DNA of 61,719 nt, filler included, from Anaerolineae bacterium (GTDB lineage Bacteria > Chloroflexota > Anaerolineae > Epilineales > Epilineaceae), in assembly GCA_029262755.1 (NCBI GenBank). It is 4 parts of 4 records of this genome, joined end to end, with 100 filler letters (N's around TTAATTAATTAA, not from the genome) between each part and the next. Parts side by side here need not be neighbours in the genome. Positions count along the whole stretch, not along the records: positions 1 to 18,319 come from JAJCYU010000116.1; 3 more parts are not named here. One strand, written 5' to 3'. Shown in pieces: positions 1 to 9,849 of this stretch. Both the position numbers and the translations under genes were made by a program. The notes beneath the pieces are model-generated. The model worked only from the letters and a program-made list of their open reading frames with translations, was not told where the DNA came from and searched no databases. How positions within the stretch are numbered: the first letter of the stretch is position 1; every line of letters begins with the position of its first letter.

Positions 1-1
1 T

Positions 2-1585
2 CACGCCTTGGCCGAGAAGTGGCGCGAGCTGATCAACCTAGCGATCCGCGAGTTCCAAGGTCGCGCCGAGCTCGATCTCGAGATCCGGACCGACCACGTA
101 CGGATTCGGGATTCCGACACGACCGCCGTCCTGGTTTTCGAGGTGGTCAATAGCGGCGAGGGTCTGGCCTCCAACGTTCAACTCTCGATGGTCTCCGACG
201 AGGCGCCTGAGCTCAAGCTGCAGTCTGCGCCGACCCACTATCTGCCGCCGTTGGGGCAAGGTGACCGGCTGTCGGTAGAGTTCACCGTGCAACGGGAGGG
301 CGCCGGCGTGGTACCGATCACGCTCGAGCTGCGCTACGACGATCCCCAAACGGAAGGGCTGACACGCCGCTTCGCGCGCGAGGTGCGTTTCTTCATCGAG
401 GAAGCGGAGTACCAGGAAATCGGTACGTCGCCGTACATCGCCGGGCCGCCCGTCAAGAGCCGCGAGATGTTCTATGGTCGGCAGTCCACGTTCCTGTGGG
501 TGCAGGAAAATCTTTCCGGCACCTACCAGGCAAACGTGCTGGTCCTATACGGCGAGCGGCGAACCGGCAAGACGTCCGTGTTGTACCAGCTCCAATACCA
601 TCTGCCCGATCAATATGCCTTCGTGCTCATCGACCTCCAGTCGATCGCGTACGCGCTGAGCTCGACCTCGGATCTGCTGTTTGCCATGGCACGCAAGACG
701 ACGAGCGGTCTTCGGCGGCAGGGATTCGAACTCGAGAAGCCGCGAAGAGAAGATTACGCGGATCACCCGTTGGAGCAGTTCGAGCAGCTCGGCGAGGAGT
801 TGGGCAATCAGGCGATCGAGAGCGGCCGCCGTGCGGTGATCATCGCGGATGAATTCGATCTGCTCATCGAGGCGGTGGAGAACGACCAAGTCAGCGCCTA
901 TGTCTTCGACTGCATCCGGGGGCTCATGCAGCACCAAGAGGGACTGTCGTTCATCTTCGCCGGGGCCCATAAAGTCACCGAGATGTTGAAGAATCCTCAT
1001 TCGATCCTGTTCAATACGGCGCTTCGGAGACGGGTGAGCTACCTCGTGACGGAGGAAGCCGAGCGCTTGATCCGCGAGCCGGTCGCCGACGCGCTATGGT
1101 ACGACGACCTCGCGGTAGAGAAGATCCTGCGGGTTACGGCTGGACAGCCCTACTTCATCCAGTACATTTGCCACGAGATCGTGAATCTAGCCCGCAGCGA
1201 TCGCAAGAACTTCGTAACCCTGCGCGACGTCGACCGGGCGCTACAGACGACGGTCGAGGAAACCACGGGTATCATTCGCCACGCTTACATGTCGCTCGGC
1301 ATTAACGAGCGGCTGATTTTGGTCGCGTTGTCACGTATCACCGACGACGGTCGGCCCTTCGTTGGGATGGACGACATCCTCGAGACCCTCGGACAGGACG
1401 AGATTACCTTGGCCAAGCGAGACGCTCACGAACACATGCGCACCCTCACCGAACGTGACTTTGTGACCGAGCGCGGTTCGGAAGGCACGGAACGACAATA
1501 TGGCTTCACGATGGAGCTAGTACGGGTCTGGCTCGAGCGCAACGACGAATACACGCGCCTCCTTGAGGAGATCCGTCATGGTTGA
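2..1585 (+). CDS. STAND/AAA+ NTPase with N-terminal CARDB/Ig-like domain (5' truncated by window edge)
   Basis: Ig-like segment (VVNSGEGLASNV...LELRYDD), then SPYIAGPPV..FYGR, Walker A GERRTGKTS, Walker B IADEFD, GxP motif GQPYFIQ and a C-terminal winged helix; frame open to the window start. Confidence 0.85.
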   Translation, partial: HALAEKWRELINLAIREFQGRAELDLEIRTDHVRIRDSDTTAVLVFEVVNSGEGLASNVQLSMVSDEAPELKLQSAPTHYLPPLGQGDRLSVEFTVQREGAGVVPITLELRYDDPQTEGLTRRFAREVRFFIEEAEYQEIGTSPYIAGPPVKSREMFYGRQSTFLWVQENLSGTYQANVLVLYGERRTGKTSVLYQLQYHLPDQYAFVLIDLQSIAYALSSTSDLLFAMARKTTSGLRRQGFELEKPRREDYADHPLEQFEQLGEELGNQAIESGRRAVIIADEFDLLIEAVENDQVSAYVFDCIRGLMQHQEGLSFIFAGAHKVTEMLKNPHSILFNTALRRRVSYLVTEEAERLIREPVADALWYDDLAVEKILRVTAGQPYFIQYICHEIVNLARSDRKNFVTLRDVDRALQTTVEETTGIIRHAYMSLGINERLILVALSRITDDGRPFVGMDDILETLGQDEITLAKRDAHEHMRTLTERDFVTERGSEGTERQYGFTMELVRVWLERNDEYTRLLEEIRHG

Positions 1586-3056
1586 GAGCTCCACTCCCAG
1601 CCCCTTCGTTCTCGGCAAGCCCATTAAAGAGCCCGAGGACTTCCACGGTCGAGAGCACGCTCGGCGAGAGCTCTTCGAGTCCATCATGAACATGCAGCCC
1701 GTGGCGCTAGTGGGCGAGCACCGCTGCGGTAACACGTCCTTGCTCTATCAGATGATGCACGAGGATGTGCAGGCCGAGTTTATTGAAGCCGGCGCCCGCG
1801 ACGGGTTGCTCTTCGCGTTCTTGAACGCGCAATTGGCCGGAGATTCTCCGGAGTCGCTCTTTCGAAGACTTGCGCGCACGTTGAAGCGTGCCGATCCGGA
1901 TTCCAGCGCGGACTTCGAGGAAGATCCGATCGACGCATATTGGCTTGAGGATTACCTCGATGACCTCGCCGACCGTGACAAACGTCTCGTGCTACTGCTG
2001 GACGAGTTCGACGTTCTCGCCGAGTTTGAGCCCAAGTTCTGGGAGTGGTTCCGCGGCCTGATCACGGAGTACGACATGTCCATCGTCGTCGCTTCGCGTG
2101 TAGATCTGGGCGAGTTTGAGACCCAGTGGGGCACCGGATCGCCCTTCTTCAACATGTTTCGCTCAATCTATGTCGGTTCGTTCACGGCCGAAGAAGCGGC
2201 GGCGTTCCTCGATTTCGTGAGCGATCTGGGTGGGGTTGACCTGCGTCCTGTCGCGCCCGAAATCGCTCGCTTTGCCGGGCGCTTCCCTTACTACATGCAG
2301 GTCGCGGGATCGTTGTTCCACGAGCATGCCGTGCGCGGCGATGACCTGTTGGCCGAATCCACGATTGAAACGGTCGATCAGGAGTTTCGGGCGCGTACCG
2401 AAGCTCTCTTCAACGACGTTTGGGCACGCTTGCCTGCGGTGGAACGCGATGCACTCTGCTGGCTGGCCGTGGATGCCCAACCCGAGGGACGGGAGGGTGT
2501 TGCATTCGAGCAGGCCAGCCAACGGCTGTTTCGGCGGGGCTATGTGTATGACGATGCGATCTTCTCGACGGCCATGGCGGATTTCGCCCGCCGCCAGATG
2601 ACCCGCATCGAGCTCAACGCAGAAACAGGCGAGGTGCGCATTGAGAAGCGGCCGGTCGAGCTGCCTCCCAAAGAGTTCGCGCTGCTGCGTTTCCTGCTTA
2701 GCAAGCGGGGCGAGATCGTGACCAAGGACGAAATCGCGATCGCAGTCTGGCCGGAGTACTCGTTGGAGACGCTCGGCGTGACGGATGCCATGATCCAGAA
2801 GACGATCAGCCGCCTGCGCAAAGAGGTCGATGCGCACGGCTCGTCCTTCCAACATATCGAGAGCATTCGCGGTCAGGGCTACCGGTTCCGCAACGCGAAC
2901 ATCGCCACCGTGTACCAGGGTCGCGATGAATTCGACGACGAAGACGAGCTCGAAGGCGGGCATTCGGACGTCCAAGAGGATGCCGAAAGCATTGGTGGAG
3001 ACGGCGCGACGGCCCCCGTATCGACGCAAGGCAGCGAGGCCGCCGGCAACGATTGA
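1578..3056 (+). CDS. STAND NTPase (degenerate Walker A) fused to OmpR/PhoB-type wHTH DNA-binding domain, acidic tail
   Basis: GEHRCGNTS (Lys->Asn), LLDEFD; C-terminal LPPKEFALLRFL...ISRLRK...IESIRGQGYRF; ATG 1578 behind GAGGAG, overlapping the upstream stop. Confidence 0.85.
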   Translation: MVESSTPSPFVLGKPIKEPEDFHGREHARRELFESIMNMQPVALVGEHRCGNTSLLYQMMHEDVQAEFIEAGARDGLLFAFLNAQLAGDSPESLFRRLARTLKRADPDSSADFEEDPIDAYWLEDYLDDLADRDKRLVLLLDEFDVLAEFEPKFWEWFRGLITEYDMSIVVASRVDLGEFETQWGTGSPFFNMFRSIYVGSFTAEEAAAFLDFVSDLGGVDLRPVAPEIARFAGRFPYYMQVAGSLFHEHAVRGDDLLAESTIETVDQEFRARTEALFNDVWARLPAVERDALCWLAVDAQPEGREGVAFEQASQRLFRRGYVYDDAIFSTAMADFARRQMTRIELNAETGEVRIEKRPVELPPKEFALLRFLLSKRGEIVTKDEIAIAVWPEYSLETLGVTDAMIQKTISRLRKEVDAHGSSFQHIESIRGQGYRFRNANIATVYQGRDEFDDEDELEGGHSDVQEDAESIGGDGATAPVSTQGSEAAGND

Positions 3057-3100
3057 CGGATCCGATCGCGCCCGGCCATCGCGTTCCGACTGGCGGTTTC

Positions 3101-3182
3101 GTCAGCGAATCGTCCGTAGCGTCACACATCAGGCTGGTACGCGTCTGATATACTGACGATGCCATTGCTGACAACACTGACA
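3101..3182 (+). promoter_or_regulatory. Putative promoter (extended -10 TGnTATACT 3146-3154) flanked by GTCAG/CTGAC boxes
   Basis: GTCAG 3101, GTCAC 3121, ATCAG 3128; CTGAT 3145, CTGAC 3153, 3168, 3177. Confidence 0.45.
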
Positions 3183-3232
3183 GCGCGCGGTCGCCGGTCG
3201 GCGCCGCCCTTCGGCGCGCCGCCCCGGAAGGC

Positions 3233-5281
3233 GTGATGGAGACTCTGGCCAAGCGACCGATCAACCCGTATATCCTGACACCGCTCGTCGACGATGTCGG
3301 CTTCTTCGGTCGGGATTCCGTGCTGCGCTTTGTGCGCAATACGTTGGCGTCACCCTATCAGAATCTGGTCGTGCTTTTCGGCCAACGTCGTATCGGCAAG
3401 ACCAGCCTGCTCCACCAACTCCGGCGCGGCAGCAACGTGCCGGACGGTTTTCGCGCCGTGTACTTCGATTTGCAAGGACGTGCCGAACACCGGCTGGAGC
3501 AGGTGCTCTTCGGCCTGGCGCGAGAGATTGCGCGCGAGCTGGACCTCGAGGCACCGTCGCGGCGCGCCTTCGCGGAGGAGAGCTTCTTCCAGTATCACTT
3601 CTTGCCGCTCGTCTACGAGCGCATGGGCAGCGACCGGCTGCTCGTGCTCGTGGATGAATTCGACGTGCTGAGCGGTGAGGCTGTGGAAACACACGCCGCG
3701 TATCACTCTTTCTTCGCCTATCTCCAAGATCTGTTGATCGATGAGCAGCGAGGGCTTGCGTTCGTGTTCGTGGTGGGCCGGAGGCTCGACGAGCTACCGA
3801 GCCGCATCAAGGCCACGTTCAAGAGCGCCCAATGCAAGAGCATTTCCGTGCTGGACCGCCCCGCTGCGACGAGGCTAATCGTCGAGCCGGCCAGGGGAGA
3901 CGTTCGGTTCGCGGACGACGCGGTAGAGCGCTTGCTTGAACTGACAAGCGGTCACCCCTACTTTCTGCAGCTGCTCTGCTACGAGCTGTTCGATCGTGCG
4001 CTGCGTTCCGGACGCGACGAAGTGCGGTCCGAGCATGTCAGCGATGAGGTGCTTGAGGCCGTCATGGAGCTGGGCATGGGGGGTCTTGCCTGGTTCTGGG
4101 ACGAGTTCCCACCCGCGGAGCGATTCATTCTGTCGTCGCTCGCGCACCTTGCGCCCGAGGGCGAAGCCGCGACACTGCGCGAGATCGGTACGGCGCTGCG
4201 GGAACACGGAGTGCGGCTGCAAGGCATGGAGTTATCGTCCGCTCCGATGGTGCTTTCCGAATGGGGCATCATCCGGCCCGTGGGCAACGATGCGTTCGGC
4301 TTCCGGGTCGAGTTTTTGCGGCGATGGATCCTGGCGAAACACTCGCTCGAAGAGGCCAAACGGGAACTGGAACGGGTGAGCGCACGAGCCGTTCGCGATT
4401 ACGAGGCCGGACGAGGACACCACCACGAGGGCCGCCTCGACGACGCGCGCCTGCTGTACCTACGCGCGCTGGCGGCGAACCCCAATCATGCCCGCGCGCA
4501 GCTCGGTCTCGCGCAAGCGCATTACGAGAGCGGTGATATCGAAGCGGCTACCGATGCGTTTGAGAAAGCGTACCGCCTTGACCCCGAAAGCGCACGTGAT
4601 GGGCTCACGGCCGCCCACCGCGATAGCGGCGTCGCCCATGAAGCTGAGGGACGCTACGACCAGGCGCGTCCCCACTACCAGCGCGTGCTTGATATCGTCC
4701 CCGATGACATCGGAGGCCGCCATCGGTTGCGTGACAGCTGGCGCGCGACGGCCGGTGCTCACCTCGCGTCGGGTCGGTGGGAGCAAGCGGCCGAAGCGTA
4801 CCGCGAGGCGTTGCGCTACGTACCGGACGACATGGTCATCCAACGAGCCGTCGTCGACCTCGAGCAACGCCACCTCGAGAGCGAGACGTTGCGTCAGCGG
4901 CGCTTGCAGCTCGAGCGCGCCGTGCTCGAGACGCGCCTGCGCGAGGAACAAGGGAGGCGACGGCGGTTGGAAGAGACGGCCGCAGACGCCCTGCCCACCT
5001 TCCTGGCGATCGCCGCTATCTCGGCTACGGGAGTAGCAGTTGGGCTGGCGATGGTCGGCGGCATGTTGAATTCGCCCTGGGTGCCGCTGGGCGTCGGCGC
5101 CTATCTCGTGGCCATTTCAGGAGCGTTCGTCTGGACCCGGAGCCGGCTCTCGCGCGCTGCGGGAATCGAGCACGCGCCACCACAGCTGGAGTCGAACCGC
5201 GCCGCGGTCGGCATCGACACGGCCGGATCCAGTACCGATACCGAACGAATTCATCGAGCGTCGAGGGGACGAATCTTGTGA
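3233..5281 (+). CDS. STAND NTPase with TPR repeats, coiled coil and two C-terminal TM helices
   Basis: NPYILTPLV..FFGR, GQRRIGKTS, LVDEFD, GHPYFLQ; TPRs (ALAANPNHARAQLGLAQAHY, AYRLDPE); hydrophobic FLAIAAISATGVAVGLAMV and VPLGVGAYLVAISGAFVW. Confidence 0.85.
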   Translation: MMETLAKRPINPYILTPLVDDVGFFGRDSVLRFVRNTLASPYQNLVVLFGQRRIGKTSLLHQLRRGSNVPDGFRAVYFDLQGRAEHRLEQVLFGLAREIARELDLEAPSRRAFAEESFFQYHFLPLVYERMGSDRLLVLVDEFDVLSGEAVETHAAYHSFFAYLQDLLIDEQRGLAFVFVVGRRLDELPSRIKATFKSAQCKSISVLDRPAATRLIVEPARGDVRFADDAVERLLELTSGHPYFLQLLCYELFDRALRSGRDEVRSEHVSDEVLEAVMELGMGGLAWFWDEFPPAERFILSSLAHLAPEGEAATLREIGTALREHGVRLQGMELSSAPMVLSEWGIIRPVGNDAFGFRVEFLRRWILAKHSLEEAKRELERVSARAVRDYEAGRGHHHEGRLDDARLLYLRALAANPNHARAQLGLAQAHYESGDIEAATDAFEKAYRLDPESARDGLTAAHRDSGVAHEAEGRYDQARPHYQRVLDIVPDDIGGRHRLRDSWRATAGAHLASGRWEQAAEAYREALRYVPDDMVIQRAVVDLEQRHLESETLRQRRLQLERAVLETRLREEQGRRRRLEETAADALPTFLAIAAISATGVAVGLAMVGGMLNSPWVPLGVGAYLVAISGAFVWTRSRLSRAAGIEHAPPQLESNRAAVGIDTAGSSTDTERIHRASRGRIL

Positions 5282-6558
5282 TGCCATCGCGATCCGACTT
5301 GAACCCGCCCACCCTTTCTGAAAGCGAGTTGGCGTTTACACCCCACTCGCCGGCGCCACCCGAGCTGTTTACGGGCCGGGAACGCGAGCTGGATCTAATC
5401 TTCGGGCATATTCGGCCCGCACAGCGTGGCAACGTCGCGGTCAGCGGTCCCGTCGGCATCGGCAAGACCAGCCTCTTGCGCATGATTGCCGATCAGGAAG
5501 TCGGCGCCCGATACGGCGTAGTGGCTCCTGGCCACATCGTGCTCCACGTGGACGTTCAGGCGATCTCGCCTTTCTCACACGGAGCCTTTTGGCGTCGCGT
5601 CGCACGCCTATTGCGGCGCGCCGCCGGGCGACCGGGAGCACCTATCGATCGCGATACGGCCGACACGATCACGCAGGTCATCGTGGAGCCCGAAACACCG
5701 GACCTGATGGACGTCGAGGAGTTTCTTGACGCCCTGACCGACCGAGATACGGCGCTCATCCTGCTCTTGGATGAGTTCGAGTGGGCCTTACATGCCGAGG
5801 CGCCAAAGGAAGCCGAGGCGTGCCGTCATTTCTTAGCCCAATTGGCATCCCTTGCTCGTCGCGGGCCACGCACCCTGGCTCTCGTGGTCGCAACGGACCG
5901 ACCTCTACCGGATGCGCTCAACGCCGTCGAAGCCTGGCGTGGTTCCCCGTTTTCGACGATCTTCACCTCGATTCGGCTCAAGCCCCTCTCGCGTGATGAG
6001 GCCGGCGGCCTCATCGCCCGAGCGATCGACGGCCACTATCCAGCCCGATCGTCGGATCACGAGCTGTTGTGGTCGGTCAGCGAAGGGCAGCCGCTCGTCT
6101 TGCAGTCGGCCTGTGCAGCCCTGCTCGCAGCGCGGCGACAAGGCGCCGACGATAGTGTCGTCATCGGAGCCGTTCGCGAAGCCGCCGCGCGCGCCCACGC
6201 ATCGCTGCCCCAGCGACGCGCGAATGAGATGGCCACGCCCGAAGCGCAGCGCGTGCCGGAGAACGGTTTGTGGATCGACGAGGAGAGCGGCACCGTGATC
6301 GTCGATGGCCGACGGGAAGAGAGTTTGACGGCCCTCGAGTACAGCCTTCTGCGGATGCTGTACGACCATCCAGGTCGGCTGTGCAGCAAACAGGACATCA
6401 TCCGACATGTTTGGGGCGAGGAGGCCGCGAGCGATGTGGATGACGCCCGTGTCGAGAAGTTGATCAGCCGCTTGCGACAAAAAGTCGAGTCCGCGCCTGG
6501 CCGGCCCCGCTATATCCGCACGGTTAGAAGTCGCGGTTATCGCTTCGTGGATCGCTGA
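5281..6558 (+). CDS. STAND NTPase fused to OmpR/PhoB-type wHTH
   Basis: TGATG coupling to upstream gene; LFTGR, GPVGIGKTS, LLDEFE, GQPLVLQ; LTALEYSLLRML...ISRLRQK...IRTVRSRGYRF. Confidence 0.85.
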   Translation: MPSRSDLNPPTLSESELAFTPHSPAPPELFTGRERELDLIFGHIRPAQRGNVAVSGPVGIGKTSLLRMIADQEVGARYGVVAPGHIVLHVDVQAISPFSHGAFWRRVARLLRRAAGRPGAPIDRDTADTITQVIVEPETPDLMDVEEFLDALTDRDTALILLLDEFEWALHAEAPKEAEACRHFLAQLASLARRGPRTLALVVATDRPLPDALNAVEAWRGSPFSTIFTSIRLKPLSRDEAGGLIARAIDGHYPARSSDHELLWSVSEGQPLVLQSACAALLAARRQGADDSVVIGAVREAAARAHASLPQRRANEMATPEAQRVPENGLWIDEESGTVIVDGRREESLTALEYSLLRMLYDHPGRLCSKQDIIRHVWGEEAASDVDDARVEKLISRLRQKVESAPGRPRYIRTVRSRGYRFVDR

Positions 6559-6586
6559 GCACAACCACGTAGATCAAGCGGCCGTT

Positions 6587-6616
6587 TTGCCCGCGTCCCG
6601 CGCAGCGGCATACAAT
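6587..6616 (+). promoter_or_regulatory. sigma70-like promoter TTGCCC-18-TACAAT
   Basis: -35 at 6587-6592, -10 at 6611-6616. Confidence 0.5.
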
Positions 6617-6622
6617 GCGGGA

Positions 6623-6706
6623 GCCTGGGCGCTGCGGATACCGGCGCACCGTAAGCCCGTGGCACGTACACGAGGGGGGGCGAATCGCCCCCCCTCGTGT
6701 CTTTTT
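6623..6706 (+). ncRNA. Candidate small RNA (~85 nt) with its own promoter and terminator
   Basis: Promoter upstream; 5' hairpin GCC/GGGC/TGCGG..CCGTA/GCCC/GGC; intrinsic terminator; no downstream + strand gene. Confidence 0.4.
6668..6706 (+). terminator. Rho-independent terminator
   Basis: Perfect 15-bp stem ACACGAGGGGGGGCG-AAT-CGCCCCCCCTCGTGT followed by CTTTTT. Confidence 0.85.
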
Positions 6707-6811
6707 CCTCGTCCGGCGCTGCACCGCTGGGCATGCAACATCGACGCACGCGGCGGATCAACCGGGACGATTGCGGCCGGAGCAGGTGTGAGCGCAGGGC
6801 CCGTCCAACGG

Positions 6812-8059
6812 CTACATTCGGTCGACGACCGCCTGGGCAAAGCCGCTGCAAGACACCTCGGTCGCGTTATCCATCTGGCGCGCAAGATCGTAGGTCACGA
6901 CACCGTCCGCGACCGCGGCTTCAATACCGTTGCGCACGAGGGTGGCGGCATCGTCCCAGCCCAGATACTCAAGCATCATCACGCCGGAGAGGGTGAGCGC
7001 CATGGGATTGACCTTGTCTTGGCCGGCGTATTTGGGCGCCGTTCCGTGCACGGCCTCGAATACCGCGACCTCATCGCCGATGTTCGCGCCGTGGGCTACG
7101 CCGAGACCTCCGACCTGAGCGGCCGCGGCGTCGGATAGATAGTCGCCGTTGAGGTTCGGTAGAGCCAGGACGTCATAGTCGGCCGTCCGCGTAAGCAGCT
7201 GCTGCAACATGTTGTCGGCGATCCGGTCCTTGATGACGATCGCGTCGTTGGGAGCGACGCCTCCGTGGTCCTTCCACAGAGCCTCCTCGCTTACCGTGGT
7301 ATCCGCGAACTCGTCGCGGGCGAGCTCGTAGCCCCAATCGCGGAACGCACCCTCCGTATACTTCATGATGTTGCCCTTGTGCACCAGCGTTACGCTCTTG
7401 CGGCCGCGCGCTTGTGCGTACTCGATCGCGCTGCGCATGAGGCGCTTGGTCTTCATCTCGCTGATCGGCTTGATGCCGACACCGGTACCGGACACGTCCA
7501 GCGTGTCGACCCCCATTTCGTCCCGTAGGAAGCGCAACACCTTTTCCGCGTCTTGGCTGCCCGCCTGCCACTCGATGCCGGCATAGACGTCTTCGGTCGC
7601 CTCCCGGAAGAGCACGATATCCATGTGCTCCGGATGGCGAACGGGGCTCGGCAATCCGGAGATCCAGTAGACGGGCCGCACATTGGTGTAGAGATCGAGT
7701 CGCTGCCGGATGGCCACGTTGAGGCTGCGGATCCCACCGCCGACCGGCGTGGTCAGCGGCCCCTTGATGCCGACACGATAGTAGGTGAACGCTTCGAGCG
7801 TCTCAGCGGGGAGCCATTCGCCGCGCTTGTCCATAGCACGCTCACCGGCGAACACCTCCACCCACGCGATCGATCGGCTGCCGTCGTAGGCCTTGGTGAC
7901 CGCTGCGTCGACCATGGTTCGCATCGCCGGGGTAACGTCCGTGCCGATGCCGTCACCGAGGATGTAAGGAATGAAAGGCCGATCGGGCACGATGCGCGTA
8001 CCGTCGACGAGACCGATGCGTTGTCCGTCGGAAGGAATGCTCAGGTCGGGGAAGGGCAT
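6812..8059 (-). CDS. icd: NADP-dependent isocitrate dehydrogenase
   Basis: [58 protein letters not shown]. Confidence 0.97.
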   Translation of the reverse strand: MPFPDLSIPSDGQRIGLVDGTRIVPDRPFIPYILGDGIGTDVTPAMRTMVDAAVTKAYDGSRSIAWVEVFAGERAMDKRGEWLPAETLEAFTYYRVGIKGPLTTPVGGGIRSLNVAIRQRLDLYTNVRPVYWISGLPSPVRHPEHMDIVLFREATEDVYAGIEWQAGSQDAEKVLRFLRDEMGVDTLDVSGTGVGIKPISEMKTKRLMRSAIEYAQARGRKSVTLVHKGNIMKYTEGAFRDWGYELARDEFADTTVSEEALWKDHGGVAPNDAIVIKDRIADNMLQQLLTRTADYDVLALPNLNGDYLSDAAAAQVGGLGVAHGANIGDEVAVFEAVHGTAPKYAGQDKVNPMALTLSGVMMLEYLGWDDAATLVRNGIEAAVADGVVTYDLARQMDNATEVSCSGFAQAVVDRM

Positions 8060-8091
8060 GCAGGAAGCTCCTGAGGGGGGCGCAGCGAAGC

Positions 8092-9690
8092 TCAGCCGCC
8101 GGGGGCGGCCGCGAGCACCTTGGGATCCACGCCGTCGGCGTACTGTTCGAAATTCGCGCAGAACATGGCTGCGAGAGCGGCGGCCTTCTCATCGTAGGCC
8201 GCCCCGTCCTTCCAGGTAGCCCGCGGGTCCAACACGCGCGATTCCACGTCGGGAACCATGTCCGGGACGTGCACCCCGAACACGGGATGAGGCGTCGTCG
8301 GTACGGCATCGAGCGCGCCGCTGAGCACGGCGCGAACCATAGCGCGGGTGTCCGCGAGCGAAAGCCGCTCGCCGACGCCGTACTCGCCGCCCGTCCAGCC
8401 TGTGTTGAGCAGCCACACGGACACCCCGTGTTCGTCCATCCGGCGTCCGAGCATGTCGGCATACCGCCCAGGATGTCGGGGCAGGAAGGGGGCACCGAAG
8501 CACGCGCTGAACGTTGCCGTCGGCTCCTTGACGCCTCGCTCTGTGCCGGCGACTTTGGCCGTATATCCGGAGATGAAGTGATACATGGCCTGTTCCCGGC
8601 TCAATCGACTCACCGGAGGCAGGACGCCAAAGGCATCCGCGGTGAGGAAGATGACCGTGCGCGGATGACCGGCCATGCCGCCGGGGACGATCGTGTCGAG
8701 ATGATCGATCGGATACGAGGATCGCGTGTTTTCGGTCAAGCTTGCGTCGTCGAAGTCCGGATGGCGCGTCGCGTCGAGCACGACGTTCTCCAAGATCGTG
8801 CCGAAGCGCGTCGAAGCGCGGAAGATCTCCGGCTCTGAACTCGACGTGATCCGGATGGTCTTGGCGTAGCAACCGCCTTCGAAGTTGAACACGCCTCGCG
8901 GGCTCCATCCATGCTCGTCATCGCCGATCAACGGGCGATCGGGATCGGCGGAGAGCGTCGTCTTGCCCGTGCCCGATAGGCCGAAGAAGAGGGCCACGTC
9001 GCCTGTCGATCCCACATTCGCCGAGCAGTGCATCGGCAGAACGTCCAATGGAGGTAAGCGATAATTCATGACCGAGAACATGGACTTCTTGATCTCGCCC
9101 GCATAGGCCGTGCCGCCGATAATGACCTCACGCGCCGCGAAGTTGAGCACGATGAACGTTTCCCCGTGCGTGCCGTCGTTGGCCGGATCCGCTTGCGCTG
9201 TCGGCGCGTGAAGCACCGTCCATTCAGGATCGAAACGGGCCAGCTCCGGCGCATCGGGGCGCAGGAACATGTTATTGGCGAACAAGTTGTGCCAAGCAGT
9301 GCTGCTGACAACGCGCAGGCCGATCCGGTACGCCGGATCAGCGCCGCACCAGGCATCCCGCACGTACACGTCGCCTTCGCTGAGCGCGCCGGTGACTTTG
9401 GCTCGCAACGCATCCCAGCTCGCAGGCTCCAAGGGCACGTTAACCGCACCCCACCAGATGTCGGCCTCGCTCGACGGTTCTCGGACGATGTAGCGGTCGT
9501 TGGGCGAACGGCCCGTGTGCGCCCCGGTCTCAGCGACGAAGGAGCCGTCCGCGGTAAGCGTGCCCTCTCCGCGACGGACGGCGTGCTCCACCAGCTCGGA
9601 GGCGGCTAGGTTCCACCAGGCGTCGCCGCTTAGGGCGATGCCGAGCGGCTCGATCGCAAAGCGCGAAGGCCGTTCCACGGCGTGGATCAT
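8092..9690 (-). CDS. pckA: Phosphoenolpyruvate carboxykinase (ATP)
   Basis: [50 protein letters not shown] 9690 behind GGGAGG. Confidence 0.97.
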   Translation of the reverse strand: MIHAVERPSRFAIEPLGIALSGDAWWNLAASELVEHAVRRGEGTLTADGSFVAETGAHTGRSPNDRYIVREPSSEADIWWGAVNVPLEPASWDALRAKVTGALSEGDVYVRDAWCGADPAYRIGLRVVSSTAWHNLFANNMFLRPDAPELARFDPEWTVLHAPTAQADPANDGTHGETFIVLNFAAREVIIGGTAYAGEIKKSMFSVMNYRLPPLDVLPMHCSANVGSTGDVALFFGLSGTGKTTLSADPDRPLIGDDEHGWSPRGVFNFEGGCYAKTIRITSSSEPEIFRASTRFGTILENVVLDATRHPDFDDASLTENTRSSYPIDHLDTIVPGGMAGHPRTVIFLTADAFGVLPPVSRLSREQAMYHFISGYTAKVAGTERGVKEPTATFSACFGAPFLPRHPGRYADMLGRRMDEHGVSVWLLNTGWTGGEYGVGERLSLADTRAMVRAVLSGALDAVPTTPHPVFGVHVPDMVPDVESRVLDPRATWKDGAAYDEKAAALAAMFCANFEQYADGVDPKVLAAAPGG

Positions 9691-9849
9691 GGGTCCCGTT
9701 CCTCCCATACCGGCAGAACCCGCCGCGCGCGCGCGACGGGCGTAGCGTTTCTGGCAACAACCGCGATAGGATACCACACGGTCTAAGGGCCCTCGAAGGA
9801 TTTCTAGGACGCTGAATTGCCGGCCTACCACCCCCTGCCAGGAGTCCGT

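Noticed and set aside
4777..5280. N-terminal extension of the fourth STAND gene in the ORF track
   Set aside because: Overlaps gene 3 out of frame; the TGATG-coupled ATG at 5281 is the better start
6615..6635. ZTP riboswitch (GCCTGGGC)
   Set aside because: The 5' GACTGGCG element is missing and there is no downstream sense gene
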